Shown here: positions 1-12,252 of the stretch, piece by piece
How the letters are laid out: each line of letters starts with the position of its first letter
How positions within the stretch are numbered: the stretch's first letter is position 1
DNA from: Hormiphora californensis
Taxonomy: Eukaryota; Animalia; Ctenophora
Length of the DNA stretch: 64,000 bases
Direction of reading: 5' to 3'
Assembly (NCBI GenBank): GCA_020137815.1
Contig: CM035360.1
Span: 2,480,001 to 2,544,000, forward strand
The notes under the pieces: generated by a model
The model's input: only the letters and a program-made list of their open reading frames with translations
Databases searched by the model: none
What the model was told of the DNA's origin: nothing
Made by a program: the position numbers and the translations under genes

Positions 1-288
1 TCTCTTTATCATCAAATTCAATGTCATCAACCCCCCTCAATTTGACCCAAAGGGGAGACATGTGATCTTAAAATGGTTGCTGCACCTGTTGCATGCGGCA
101 GCTGCTGTACTGTAATTTCAGACACTCTTACAATTGTACACTGACAAAATCCTGACAAAATATAGCGAAACTCTGGTGGATTTGTTCACAAAGAAGAGTG
201 TGAACTTCACAACTCTTCTTCGTAATACTAATGTAGAGAATAATAGGGTTGAATCATTATCACGGAGGGATCATCTATTCTGATCCAT

Positions 289-991
289 TCATTGGAAATG
301 GAACATTGTGTTCTGAAACCTCAACAAGGGTGGTTTTTCTCCCGGGAAGGTGTAAGGTGTAAAGTGTTTGACCCTGAGGGTCCCACGTGCGTGTAGCATG
401 ATGTAGTAAGAGTTGAAAGAGAGGGGAAGGAAGAGAGCTGAGAGACCTTGACTGCCCCCCCCCCCTCCTCTACTCAACAACTACATACATAACCCCAAGA
501 TCTGCTACTTCCCCGCTCGAATGATATTGAGAATAGAAGCTACCTCAACTCTCAATTTTACCAAATCCGAACCCGTACCTGTACTTGTAGCGAGCCCGTT
601 GAATTGGCTTGGTGGCCAGGTAGGACGAAACATGAATCCCTCCACTCTCAATCTTGGCCATCTTGTGGACTCTAGATCGCCGGGACAGGCCCAATAGGGA
701 ACTGGAATCTGGGGACGGTGATCTTGATTTGGTTCCACTTGCAAACCTTGCACCGTCCACTATGGACCTGAAGTGAGGAGAGAGGGGTTAGTGGAGAGAC
801 CGGTTTGTGGAGAGAGGGGTGGAGGGGTCAGTGGAGAGAGGTGGAGGGGTCAGTGGAGAGAGAGGGGTCAGTGGAGAGAGAGAGGGGTCAGTGGAGAGAG
901 GGGTCAGTGGAGAGAGAGAGGGGTCAGTGCCCGATGTAATGTAGTAATGGGGGGGGTCGAAAAAAAGAAAAAGGATTTGCCCCCTCCGGGT

Positions 992-1034
<43 letters not shown>

Positions 1035-3400
1035 AGCCCTTTTTCCCCCCCTTTTTTCTCTCTCTCCTTCTCTCTATCCTTCTCTCTTTTTCTTTTTTCT
1101 CCCTCTCTTTTCCCCTCTCTTTTTTTTCTTTTCTTTTTTCTTTTGCTATGTGTTTGGGTATTCCTGCTTTTGGGTTTTCATCAGACCGTTTGGGCCCCCT
1201 TCAAGAGCCTTGGGGTGGGGGGGGGGGCTCTAAAGCTTTTTCAATTTGCATCAACCCATTTGGGGGGAGAAAGAAAGAAAGAGTTGAGGAGGGGAGAATA
1301 TAAAGAAAAGAAAAAAAAAGGGATGGAAAAAAAAGGGGGGGGGGAAAAAGGGGGGGGGGGGGAAAAAACCCCCCTCTCTTTTTTTCCCCTTTCTTTAAAA
1401 AACTCATTTTTTTTTAAAAAAACCTCGTTTAGAGTGCTTAATAAACACCACCAGCATGACATGTGATAATTGTAATCCCCCCCACATGATGATTTTCTGT
1501 ACGATCACTCCTTGACATGTCTGACACGTACCCCCTGTCAGAGCACCACGGCGTCTGACACGTACCCCTATGTTAGACCCCTATGTGCTGGATCCAGTAC
1601 TGGTCGCAGTGTGCTGTCTTCTACTATACCAGGCACTATGTCAAAGCTTCTCAGCTATGATTCTCTCCAGTCATCCTGTCTGGCAGCGCGAAACAGTAGA
1701 CCTCCGGAGGTTATGGGTTGGGAGACATGGTTGTGGGTTTCCGGTAAATTCAAAAATCATATTCTTCCTTGAGCACGCAGCGTTCCTCTGTGTTCTCTGA
1801 AGGGGGGGGGGGCGCTACACAGCCAGTTTTCTATATTCGTGACCGGTTCAACGCCAAGAATTTAAAATTAAAAGACGCTATTTTAAAAGCTAAAATTAAA
1901 GATGTTTATAAAACATCAGAAATGTTATAACACGTCGCCAAGATCAAAAACATGAACATCAATCATGCACGTACAATCTGGCCTCACTGGCCTTCCAATA
2001 TATCTTCGTTGAAAAGTTTAATTATCATTTTAATATCACGCACGCTAATACTAAAAGGCACCAGGACGTTTTATAACACACTGCATGACTCCCGCGGTAT
2101 GGATCAAAGTGGCTACCTAGATCTCTTCTAGTCCAACCTGACTCTCAGATCTCTTCAATCACACAATATCTCTTCCATCTTTCAACAGCAGACTCTCTCA
2201 GAAGGATACACAGGCGACTCAAAAGTTCCAGAAGCTCCTGAGCCTTAGAAGGCTCACGAGTTTCTGGAACTTTTGAGTCGCAGAATCTTTTGTAGAACTT
2301 CAAAAGATTCGGTCCCGTAGTTCGTACATGGGATAAAACTAGCTCTACTCTGTCAGGGATCGCGCTGAACCTCTCTCAGAGAGAAGATCAAAGAGAGTAG
2401 CCACTCATCTCGCTGACAAGTGACAGGCTCCACTAGTATCACAAAGACGACTACCCCGACACAAGCAGCGCAAGGAAAATACGGGTAGCTCAATACCTAG
2501 ACCTACGGCTTAGACTCCCACACATGTGTAGTACCGCGTCTGGGTACTGCAGATGTGTGAAGTCTGGTTCTATAATGGTACCAGCTAGATACTGATAAGA
2601 ATAAGATGTGTGGCTCACACCGCATTGAGGAATCGATAGATCAACTGAAAAGCGTATCTAGCTGGTATCATCACAGAAGGAACCCAATCCAATTTGGCTA
2701 CTAAAGAGCGGTCATATCTCAATCTGAAGTCCTATATCACTCAAATATATTCGAAAAACTGTTTCTCTACCCCTTGATAGGTCCGATTGGGGGAAGCTTC
2801 ACAGTCTCACTCGTCAGCACATCCACATTAATGTCACTGACTCTCAACTCCTGCTCACTCCCGACATATGAGGGGTATTCGACTGGTATCGTGTGAGAAT
2901 CAGAGTCTATGTCTCTCATTAAGGATGATAGGATCCTGTTGTAGACTCGCTGTCGTGTTTTTAACTCCTGAAAAGTTAAAAGTAATATCTTCCGTTAATT
3001 GACAGCATCTAAACTTAAAACTCTAAACTATAAACTAAACTTAAACAGAACTGTAGTAGTCCATTAATGGATCTGTATAGGCACTAAAGAAACAGAACAG
3101 TTTAGTAGTGCACAGCTGATGCACAGCTGATGCCTGCTTGTGCCGCTGACCCGATCTGAGATTGATCTGAGCGCACTGTCGAATCAAATCGGGGTCTCGC
3201 GCCGCCAGACAGTTATTGAGTAAGTACGTACTCAATAAGTTTGTTAATGCCAATGGAAGAGTGTTCCAGTGCGAGGATCACTATAACAAAAATTATTAAT
3301 TAATTAATTAACTAATACTTACGATGCTCTGTTTTCTGTAGAATCTCTCTGCTTTCGTTCTCATTGTATCCAGAATCTGCAGCTCTTGGTTCAGCATTTT
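289..3400 (-). CDS. Partial/uncertain spliced gene, unknown product (two terminal exons ~578-767 and 289-452; candidate upstream exons ~1580-1797 and ~3322-3400)
   Basis: An exon reading SIVDGARFASGTKSRSPSP...RYKY ends AG|gtacgg and joins in frame, via a CAG acceptor, to (S)QGLSALFLPLSFNSYY...FHFQ*. The upstream candidate exon near 1600-1797 has stops/frameshifts and borders a noisy region. Confidence 0.35.
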
Positions 3401-3802
3401 CTGAAAAAGTTGGAGTGATAAGTAATAATTAAACCCAGCCCAACCATTTAATGCACAACTATACCCTCTCCTTTTCATTGAAAGTTCCAAATAACACTTC
3501 CTCATGGTCTCTCCAACAAGCCCCCCCCCCAATTTTCTATAATTTCGCCCAATTTATTAAACCTAAAGCTCTTTACAATTGTGAGGGTCGAGCTGTCAAT
3601 AAAGTTCTGAATGAATTACTACACCAACCTGAAGACGGTTGTTTGGTCGCTTTTTATTTTCATGGATGAGCGCTTCAAATGTTAATCCTGCTCGCGTGGT
3701 CTGGGACATGATATTATCTTATCTACATTATCTAATCACGAATCACTTGAAATATATTTTTAATTGTAGCATGTTTTAGTTAAGTTGAACTATATAAAAA
3801 AC

Positions 3803-3911
3803 CAGGAACCGACCGAATTAGGAAATACTGGTCCCTGATTGGCTGATAACCAGTCACGTGACTTAAATAACCAGCTCTGATTGGTTGTTTACTTGGTCCG
3901 GTCGGTTCCTG
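3803..3911. mobile_element. Short MITE-like element with CAGGAACCGACCG terminal inverted repeats
   Basis: caggaaccgaccg at 3803 and cggtcggttcctg ending at 3911; internal CCAAT/CACGTG motifs. Confidence 0.6.
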
Positions 3912-4333
3912 TAAAAAACTAAATCAAAGAAGCTTCCATCGCAAAAGTGAACTATGATGTGCGATGTGGGAGTATAAGTTGTCTTCACTAGGTGTTGGCA
4001 TGTTTTAAACTATATCCAATCGTTATAACAAGTGAAGACACCTTTAAAAACCTCTGATCATGACGCCATGTAAAGATTACGTCATAAGTCGGCAAGCTGT
4101 AACGTGCAAGAAAGAGGTGAACTCTTTAGCATTTGTCGAGTAACAACTTAGCATTGCTAATCAGTAAGGAGTTAGATTGTGTCTGACAACTAGCACACGG
4201 CGGTATTGACCAATCAAGACTACAGCTCCTAGGAGAATGAAGTTTTTTAGTCAACGTGTTATAGTAGCTCGAAGGAATATAGACTGAAATTATTGTTAAA
4301 ATCACAGGACACATTCGGCCAAAGAAGGAAGGA

Positions 4334-4386
<53 letters not shown>

Positions 4387-4959
4387 AAAACCAGTGCTTG
4401 CCATCGAGAGACAATGATTGGAAAGCGGTGTCCACAGCAGACTTTTACAAATTCTTTTTCACGAGAAAAAACCGCCATCGATCGACGGGAAAAAAGAGGG
4501 GACCGGGGAGAGAAGAGCACGATATTTAACGTGTATAATTGATAACTTGTAACATGTGTTACATGTAAAGTAACATGTAAAGTAACGGTGTTGTAACACG
4601 GCGTGTAATACGGCGTGTGACCAACTAACTATTCAGATTGATCCCACAATCATGGAGAACTTCTTCAGTTTTGTAACTTTTCAAGAAAACTGAACCTTTC
4701 CCTAGATCATCATCATGGATAGTGGCAACTTTTTTCTTCTAAAATCTAAACCACAAGACGGGGAGGAGAATTTAAAATCAAAACCACAAGATGTTACAAT
4801 CAATATCGACGGATAAAAACTCTCACAGAAACAATGTTGCACGCGAGCAAGACACCCACTGGTCACGGTCTCTTCTTTTTTTCATGCATGTCACGAGAAA
4901 GATAGATAGTGATACCAAACCGGTCGACGCATGTGAAAACCACCAACTCGATATGTTCC

Positions 4960-5082
<123 letters not shown>

Positions 5083-5954
5083 CTCTCTCTCTCTCTTTCT
5101 CTTTCTCTTTCTCCTACAGAATCGGTAAATTTAATTTACTTTTAACAAAATAGCATGCGACTGATCTGATCTCCTAACAGAAATAATTTACATACGATGA
5201 CCAGCATCAATCAATGACCCCATCAGTCTCAAATGGCAACCATTTATGTTTTAGTCCCCGATATTTCCAAACGATGCCTGGCTGATTGATCTTGATCATT
5301 CCGGACCCCGATTAGGGGAATCAAAACCGGGATGCTCAGGGGAAAGAAAAGGGTACAGGGGGTGCCTTGTATATCGCCGATGTCAATTGTACTAGCGCCG
5401 ATGTACATCGGAGTGAAATTCCGTTAATTTCCTAAACCGGGGGAAACTTAGCTTAGCCTGCCGGGAAATCGGTGTCCGAAGCTGTATAAAGCAAGTTTCA
5501 GTATGACTCATACCTGTTATGTATCCATATCTCATTATATCTTGTACTTGTAGCACTGTTATCCATGTCATTATGTATTGTACTTGTAGCACTGTTATCC
5601 ATGTAGCACTGCACTGTTATCCATGCTACTGTGTATGCTGTCTACATAGTGTCTACGTGCAGCAGCTCACAACACATTAAAAGTCTCCCAGCCCGTCACA
5701 CCCCCCTGTGTTTCTCAATGTTGGCATGTTTCAATTAGACCGAAATGATTTGATACTTGTTCATTTCATTTGAATATTCACATTCAGCAACTTCATATAT
5801 ACGGACTTGCTAGTTTGCTGCTTTTAACTATTTTGCATTATCATATTCACAGGTCCATAGTTTGACAGTTACATTATTGATCTTGCTTCGAAGCATCAAA
5901 ATTTAAAATTTAAAGCACTGTGTCTTGTTTAGTGTTCACAGCTGTGACGATATC

Positions 5955-6070
5955 ATGAGTGTAATCAGTATGGATCTGCTACTGTCCATTGAGTGCTGCT
6001 GCACCGGACCAGTCCATTCTACAACTTGTCAAGTCCAATCTAAGTAAATATAACTTTGCGGTGACAGCAT

Positions 6071-6141
<71 letters not shown>

Positions 6142-7772
6142 CCTCTCTCCCCCTCTATTTACAATCAGGATTCCTGTGACATCGAATGCCATTCCGAACC
6201 GCTGGTTTGTACAGTTTGGGAGGTTCCTGGTTCGAGATGAGCTATTTAACCCTACATTGAAACCTCTCATCCCCTACAAGCAGTTCAGGTAAATGAGGGG
6301 TGTATTGATGGGGGGGGGGGGGGGGGCTTTAGGGTAGGTGAGGGGTGTTCAGGTGGGTGAGGGGTGTATTGATGGGGGGGGGGGGGTTGGGGGCGGGGGC
6401 TTTAGGGTAGGTGAGGGGTGTTCAGGTAGGTGAGGGGTGTATTGATGGGGGGGGATGTATTGATGGGGGGGGGGGGGCTTTAGGGGTCCAAGGTTACTCT
6501 TGAGTCTCGAGTTATGCCCCAAGCTACATAGTACATACATTCATATCTGTATTTTGGATATATCTAAAGATCCGTTTTTAGTAAAGATGTCTAGCGGTGC
6601 CAAACCACGCTTGGATTATCTAATCTGAGCACGTGACAGTGCGCTCAGATCGGGTCGGCCGCGCCAGACAGTTTTAAAAGTTAAAACTAATAATTTCCTT
6701 CTTTAAGAGAGTTCAGTGTGCAAGTTAAATCTCCAGTTAAGAAGAATTCAAAGGAAGAAGGGACCTATTTCGTGGATATTGACATTCCAAACAGTGCCAA
6801 AAACTACATTGACTGGGTATGGTTGTATGCTGAGTATTTATATTGTGTAAGGGGTGGAGGAGTAACAATAATATTTTGGCTTTAGAACTGTCAGACCAAC
6901 AGCTTTAGAAGCAAAAAACGTCACCGAAAAAGAAACCAAACTAGTTAAACTGTTCATCATTTTAGCTAGTGAACGAGCTTGAAAAAGGGTATGGGCAGAT
7001 CAAGTACCAGAACAGGCTTCACATGGTCCTCACTACAACACAGTGGAACAAACTTGGTCAAAACTTGCGGGAATTCCCTCAGTTCAAGGTGAGAGAGAGA
7101 GTCCCCCCTCGAGAGATACTAACTACTAGAGAGTGAAACAGAGGGGAGACTGAGAGAACTAGGGAGAAATAGAGAGATGAGAATAAAGCTTCGTTTTATG
7201 TGTTCTATTAACCAGGCCACTGTCCGTGGAGTGGTCTTAGTGAGGGGCAAGAAGTATGCCTAGAACTTTCTCTTTCTCCCCCTCCCTCTCTCTCTGTTTC
7301 CCTCCCTCTCTCTCTTTGTTTCTCTCCAGGCCACTGTTCGTGGAGTGGTCCTAGTGAGGGGCAAGAAGTATGCCCAGAACAAGATCCAGTTGAAAGAGGA
7401 GGATATTGTCTGGCAGAAGAGACTTCGTCCAACCGCTGATACAACTATTCAGGTATTGTACCATGGGGTTTTGCTGGTGATAGATAGAGAGTAATCAGTG
7501 ATGGATCTTGCTACCCTTCCTAGCTGATTTCTTACCATTTACTGTAAATATCCTATCTTCCCTGGCACCCCAACCATTAATAATATTGTAGTTTCATAAA
7601 ATCCAATTTATCCCCGCACTAACCTGATCCCACCAATTTCCTGCAGTCAGTGAAGAATCAAGTGATACACCGATGTAAGAAGCAGTGTCTTGTTGGGTGT
7701 TTCCTAATCTTCCTCTTCTTCATCCTCGTTCCCACGGCCTTCATCCTGTGTGAGAAACTTGACGTTATCTGA
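5955..7772 (+). CDS. Uncharacterised ~229-aa protein with N-terminal CxCxGxxH..C motif and C-terminal transmembrane anchor (paralog A)
   Basis: Exons 5955-6043, 6169-6288, 6708-6816, 6966-7088, 7330-7452, 7647-7772; all GT-AG, 690 nt, in frame: MSVISMDLLLSIECCCTGPVHSTTCQ...CLVGCFLIFLFFILVPTAFILCEKLDVI*. Aligns by eye with the gene at 8239. Confidence 0.75.
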
Positions 7773-8238
7773 AGGAGGAGGAGGAACTGAGGAGTGTCAG
7801 ATCAGGGAGTTAGGGAATATGGGGCCGTGAGGGGGTAGAAAGAGATACTGGGTAATAGCAGTTCAGGGGGTAAAGGAGGCTAGGAGTGTCAGATCATGAT
7901 TGCCTTGTTCGACCTACTGTAAGGGAGGGTTAGTTATCAGGGAATGGGGGTAGATAGAGATAACGGGTAATAGGACCAACGGGACCAGGGAATGAGGGAT
8001 GTTGTCAGTTGTCGAGTGCTATGTCGAACTAAGTGGAGTGCTATCATGGACTTCATAATGGAGTTTGGAAGAGAGTGAAAAACTTTTTATTCATAAAACT
8101 GCCGTGTTCTTTGATGTTGTTGGATTTAACCAAAGTTTCTTATTCATTCTGATTCCCAACCTCCCAACTTTCTCTCCCCATGATCCTCACTAGCTCATGA
8201 AAGTTATCGATATCCCACCTCCCTCCTTAGCTCACAAT

Positions 8239-10080
8239 ATGGCAGAGTTATCGATATCACTGGCATTGGATTGTGGGTGTGTGGGCTCTGAACACAGAAG
8301 AGTGGCATGCCCGTTATGTGCTCAGCTCCCTGTCCCCGTAACAAGCATTCCTGGCAGATGTCTCATTGAACTGGGTTAGTATGTACTACAAATCAGCTGC
8401 ATCATCTAACCATGCTAACCACATGCTAACCCCCTCGGTACTTCCTTACTCTCTTTCTTAAAAACATAAACAGGCCGGTTCGGGCAAAACAAGTACATCT
8501 TTCAGTCCAGAGGAAGGGTCAGATGCTGAAAAAGGGCCTGTATTATTATTATACAACACCTTCAGTGAAGTACTTTATATAATCAATAAATCCGGGTTTA
8601 TAACGCTGCCTTTCTTTAGGAACAATATCAAAGGTAGAGAACCCAGAGGCAGTTTACAAGTTGCGACTACCTTCCAGCTACCAGTTCGATCTTATGGTCC
8701 TGTCCCCAGTATACAACAAGGTATGTCCCAAAAGTGGGAGAAGGTATACAGAGGGGGACTCGGTAGTTGGTGACGCAGTCACCCTTACAACTCACGCGCG
8801 TAGTGCACCAAAACGAAGCCCGGGCTGAGTTGTGACATCGCCACCAAGAGGGTACCAGATCCCGAAAGTGACTTTTTAGACACCCCGCCCCCTCTGGCCT
8901 TAACGGGGGTTATCTTATACAGCATCTTATGGACATTGAAGTTGTACAACACCAAGCTACTATAGCTACTAAATCCCTAACCCCACCCCCGCTCCAGGTT
9001 GATGACTATGGGAACTCTCTGTCCTACTGTCACACCTCACTACCTCACAGTGCAACAATGTTCCTTAATCAGGTAACAAAATGACGTCACAGAATAACTT
9101 GCTCAAAAACACACACTTCACTCAAATTTTGGAGACTATTTTGGTTTCTACACCCCATCCCCTCCAATAAAAATCATATTTTCCTTGCACAGTTTATAGA
9201 AAAGCTAACTGGCGTTTACAAGCAGTCCTTCAACTTCCACAAAAATCCGAAGCTGCTGGTGGCTGATAATGTTTACGATACTAAAACAGCGGTCCACTGT
9301 GAACCATTTAGTGTTCGGGTTGGTGCTATCTGTGTAACACACACGTCTACTACTAGTACTGACTGGTCTGTCGAGTCAATGAACAAGAGGTACTCCTTCA
9401 TAAAACTTTTAAATCTACTCCTTTATAAAAACAACTATCCCCCTGAATTTCAGTGGGTTGCTCCCGGGTTGCTCCTTCATAAAACTATCCCCTGCTAGAA
9501 AGTTCGTGTGGAGTTACACCCTGACAGCAGTTGACGGTGCTACTCTCAACATGGAATCATGGAGAAAGAATACAGTTTACTACAAGGCCAAGCAGTCACT
9601 GAGAATGTTTTTCTGGCTAGCAGCCATCTTCACTTTTCTTGTCCCAGTTGCCGTTCACAACATGTCGGTAGGTGTGATCAGAACAAAATTATCCAGCCAC
9701 ACATGCTTACAGATGATAATAGAGCTGTTAATTCATTTCCTTGACCCCATGGTTACCATGACAACTAACCCCATGGTTACCATGACAACTAACCCCATGG
9801 TTACCATGACAACTAACCCCATGGTTACCATGACAACTAACCCCGTGGTTACCATGACAACTAACCCCATGGTTACCATGACAACTAACCCCGTGACGTC
9901 ATACAGGACCACGATGCGGCGTGCCTCATAAAATGTTGTGCCCCGCCCATCAACTGCGAATCTGCAAAGAAGTACTGGGGAGGCATCTTAGAAAGTAATA
10001 ACCCCGTCAACATATCTAATATTACCCGAGAATTTGAGAATAGTTTCAGTTTGGAAAACATTGGAAAATTATGGGAATGA
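8239..10080 (+). CDS. Uncharacterised ~283-aa single-pass membrane protein, tandem paralog B of the 5955-7772 gene
   Basis: Exons 8239-8374, 8620-8720, 8998-9072, 9193-9389, 9499-9667, 9907-10080; 852 nt in frame: MAELSISLALDCGCVGSEHRRVACP...MFFWLAAIFTFLVPVAV...CLIKCCAPPINC...KLWE*. Confidence 0.75.
9745..9893. repeat. 24-bp minisatellite (ACCCCATGGTTACCATGACAACTA)x~6, intronic
   Basis: Direct tandem copies; explains the PMVTMTTN repeats in the ORF track. Confidence 0.9.
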
Positions 10081-10440
10081 ACGATTTGGGTATCAGAAAT
10101 GGCAATGTCATTCAGAAACATTGGAACATGTAAAAGTTAACATGATATATTGGTACTGTGTTAGTAACACAGTTACACTGATACCTGTTTGAGGTGGTCC
10201 AGGGCCGAGTCCGAGTGAGTTGAAGAACTGTCGTGTAGCACCGAGAAACTCTGTGTCATTTGGTTGTGGCTATGAAATAAAAGGAGAATTTAGCGTATTA
10301 TGTTATTTTACAATTTTAAAAACTCACTGAGAACAATATTTATAGAATAATTTAGCTTAAATACAAAATCTTCTTTAACAAATAAACTTAGAAAACAGAA
10401 TTTAATTAACATAATTCACACTTTGTTTGTTCACATTTAA

Positions 10441-12156
10441 CTAATTAGGTGTTTTGTGATTCTTGATCCGTTCGATCGCCTCCTTGGCCTCTTTAAGAAT
10501 CTGAGTACAGCTCTTACCCTCCCCCTCCTTCTCAACGACTGGCATTCTCAGTGGAGGAGGGGTTGATTTCGGGGTGATGGTCACAGTAGGACTGGAAGAC
10601 AGGGATCTCCTCGCACGGAATATCCTCTTAGCGGCCGGTTCAGCAGTAGAGGGGGACTTGCTTGAGGAGGAGGAGGAGGTGTCTGTAGATTGTTGTCCAT
10701 TAGTTGTTGAGTTACTATTAGCAGGTCCTCGACTATTAGTGGTTTCCCGGTTGTTAGTGGTTTGGTGTTCCCGGCTGTTTGTTGAGGGAGAAGAGGTGAC
10801 ACGGGCTGGAGATGGTAGAGGAATGGGAGCAAGGGTGATGGGTTTGGGGGAGAACCCTGATCCACTTTGCGGAGTGGTAGGAGACGAGGTTTGAGGTCGT
10901 CCACCACGATTAGGAGATGAGGCACGAGGTAGGGTGTATTTGGGAGACAGCAGGTTGACAATGGCATGGGGTGAGTTGTAGAGATTTGACGATGGGGAGG
11001 TAGTTATTACACTCTGTTCACTAATTATAGTGGTGGTGGTGGTGGAATCTGGAGAGGACCGGAGCAGCAGACCATTATCCACAGAATATGTACTCTGATG
11101 TATTCCATTCTCAAAACATACTGGGTCTTTCACAGGGGTTGGTGAGGTGGGGGAAACAGTTGATTCGTGGGACACTGTAGTTGTTGATTTTGGTGACACT
11201 GTTATTGGTGATCCTGTAATTGAAATATCCACCGATTCAGTTACAGTACCAAGGTCAGGTGTTGTGGCTGGAGAGTTGCCAACTACAACGGGTGATCTGC
11301 ACACCATAGACCGGCCACTGGATACCACTGATGCTGGTGATTTCTGTTCTCCTGCTATGACACCCTTTAGGACACTAACCTCACTTTCTAAATCCTTGAT
11401 TGTGCTCCCTTTTTCTGATATCTTGGTTTCAAGAAGCTTTATTTCAGCGTCTTTCTCCCCAATACAAGCTCTTAGAGAGGCTACCTCCGCTTTCAACCAT
11501 TTACCCTCCTCCACTGCTTCCTTCTTCTCTACCTGCTCCTTCATCAAAATATCTGTCAGGGTTTTGCAGGATAGCGATGACGTTGAGATAGTCTTCTCCA
11601 GGGCTTCTCTCTCCTCCTCTGATTTTTCAAGGCGTCCTTTTAACATTTCAACAAGTCGTTCTGTCTCTTCAGGCCCCTTTTCACCCTCATTTAGAGGTGG
11701 ACCAGACTGGGGAATTGACCTTTTCTCTAACTCCACCCTCAACCGCACGGTCTCCTCCCCCTTCCTCCTAATCTCCTCCCTTAGCGCTTTGATTATACAG
11801 GAACTGTGCCTATCAGAATATCTCAATCTCTCCTGGATCTGGCTAGCTTCTCGAAACCCTTCCTCCACTTTGTCCAACCTGGACACCACACCCCCACAAT
11901 CTCGTCCCATAGACTCCACTTTATTTCTCAATTCCTCCATTTTCAGCAGCCAGGCCTCCTTACCCTTACAGTGTACAGCCAGCTTGACCTGGACTTCCTG
12001 TGCAGCAGCTTGGCCTGCAACATGTTCCCTGTTGACCCGAGCCAGTTCCCGTTTTAGCATTCCTATCTCAGACTCCATGAGCCGTTCTTTTAGGTCCCAC
12101 TGGACTTTTGATCGCTTGTGATCATCTGTTACCCCTTGGAGCATCTGGGAGAGAGA

Positions 12157-12252
<96 letters not shown>

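Noticed and set aside
950-1440. Poly-Pro/Phe/Lys ORFs here and at 20690-21380, 34260-34600 and 49660-50760
   Set aside because: Homopolymer-inflated low-complexity sequence typical of poor long-read consensus; no credible protein.
1850-2200. Possible degraded L2-like RT remnant (GLP...KWLP traces)
   Set aside because: Too degenerate and frameshifted to support by eye.
6885-7452. Alternative frame with in-frame TGA codons (selenoprotein/readthrough idea)
   Set aside because: A stop-free spliced frame exists that aligns with the neighbouring paralog; no SECIS evidence.
11147-12121. 324-aa plus-strand ORF
   Set aside because: Antisense shadow of the coiled-coil exon.
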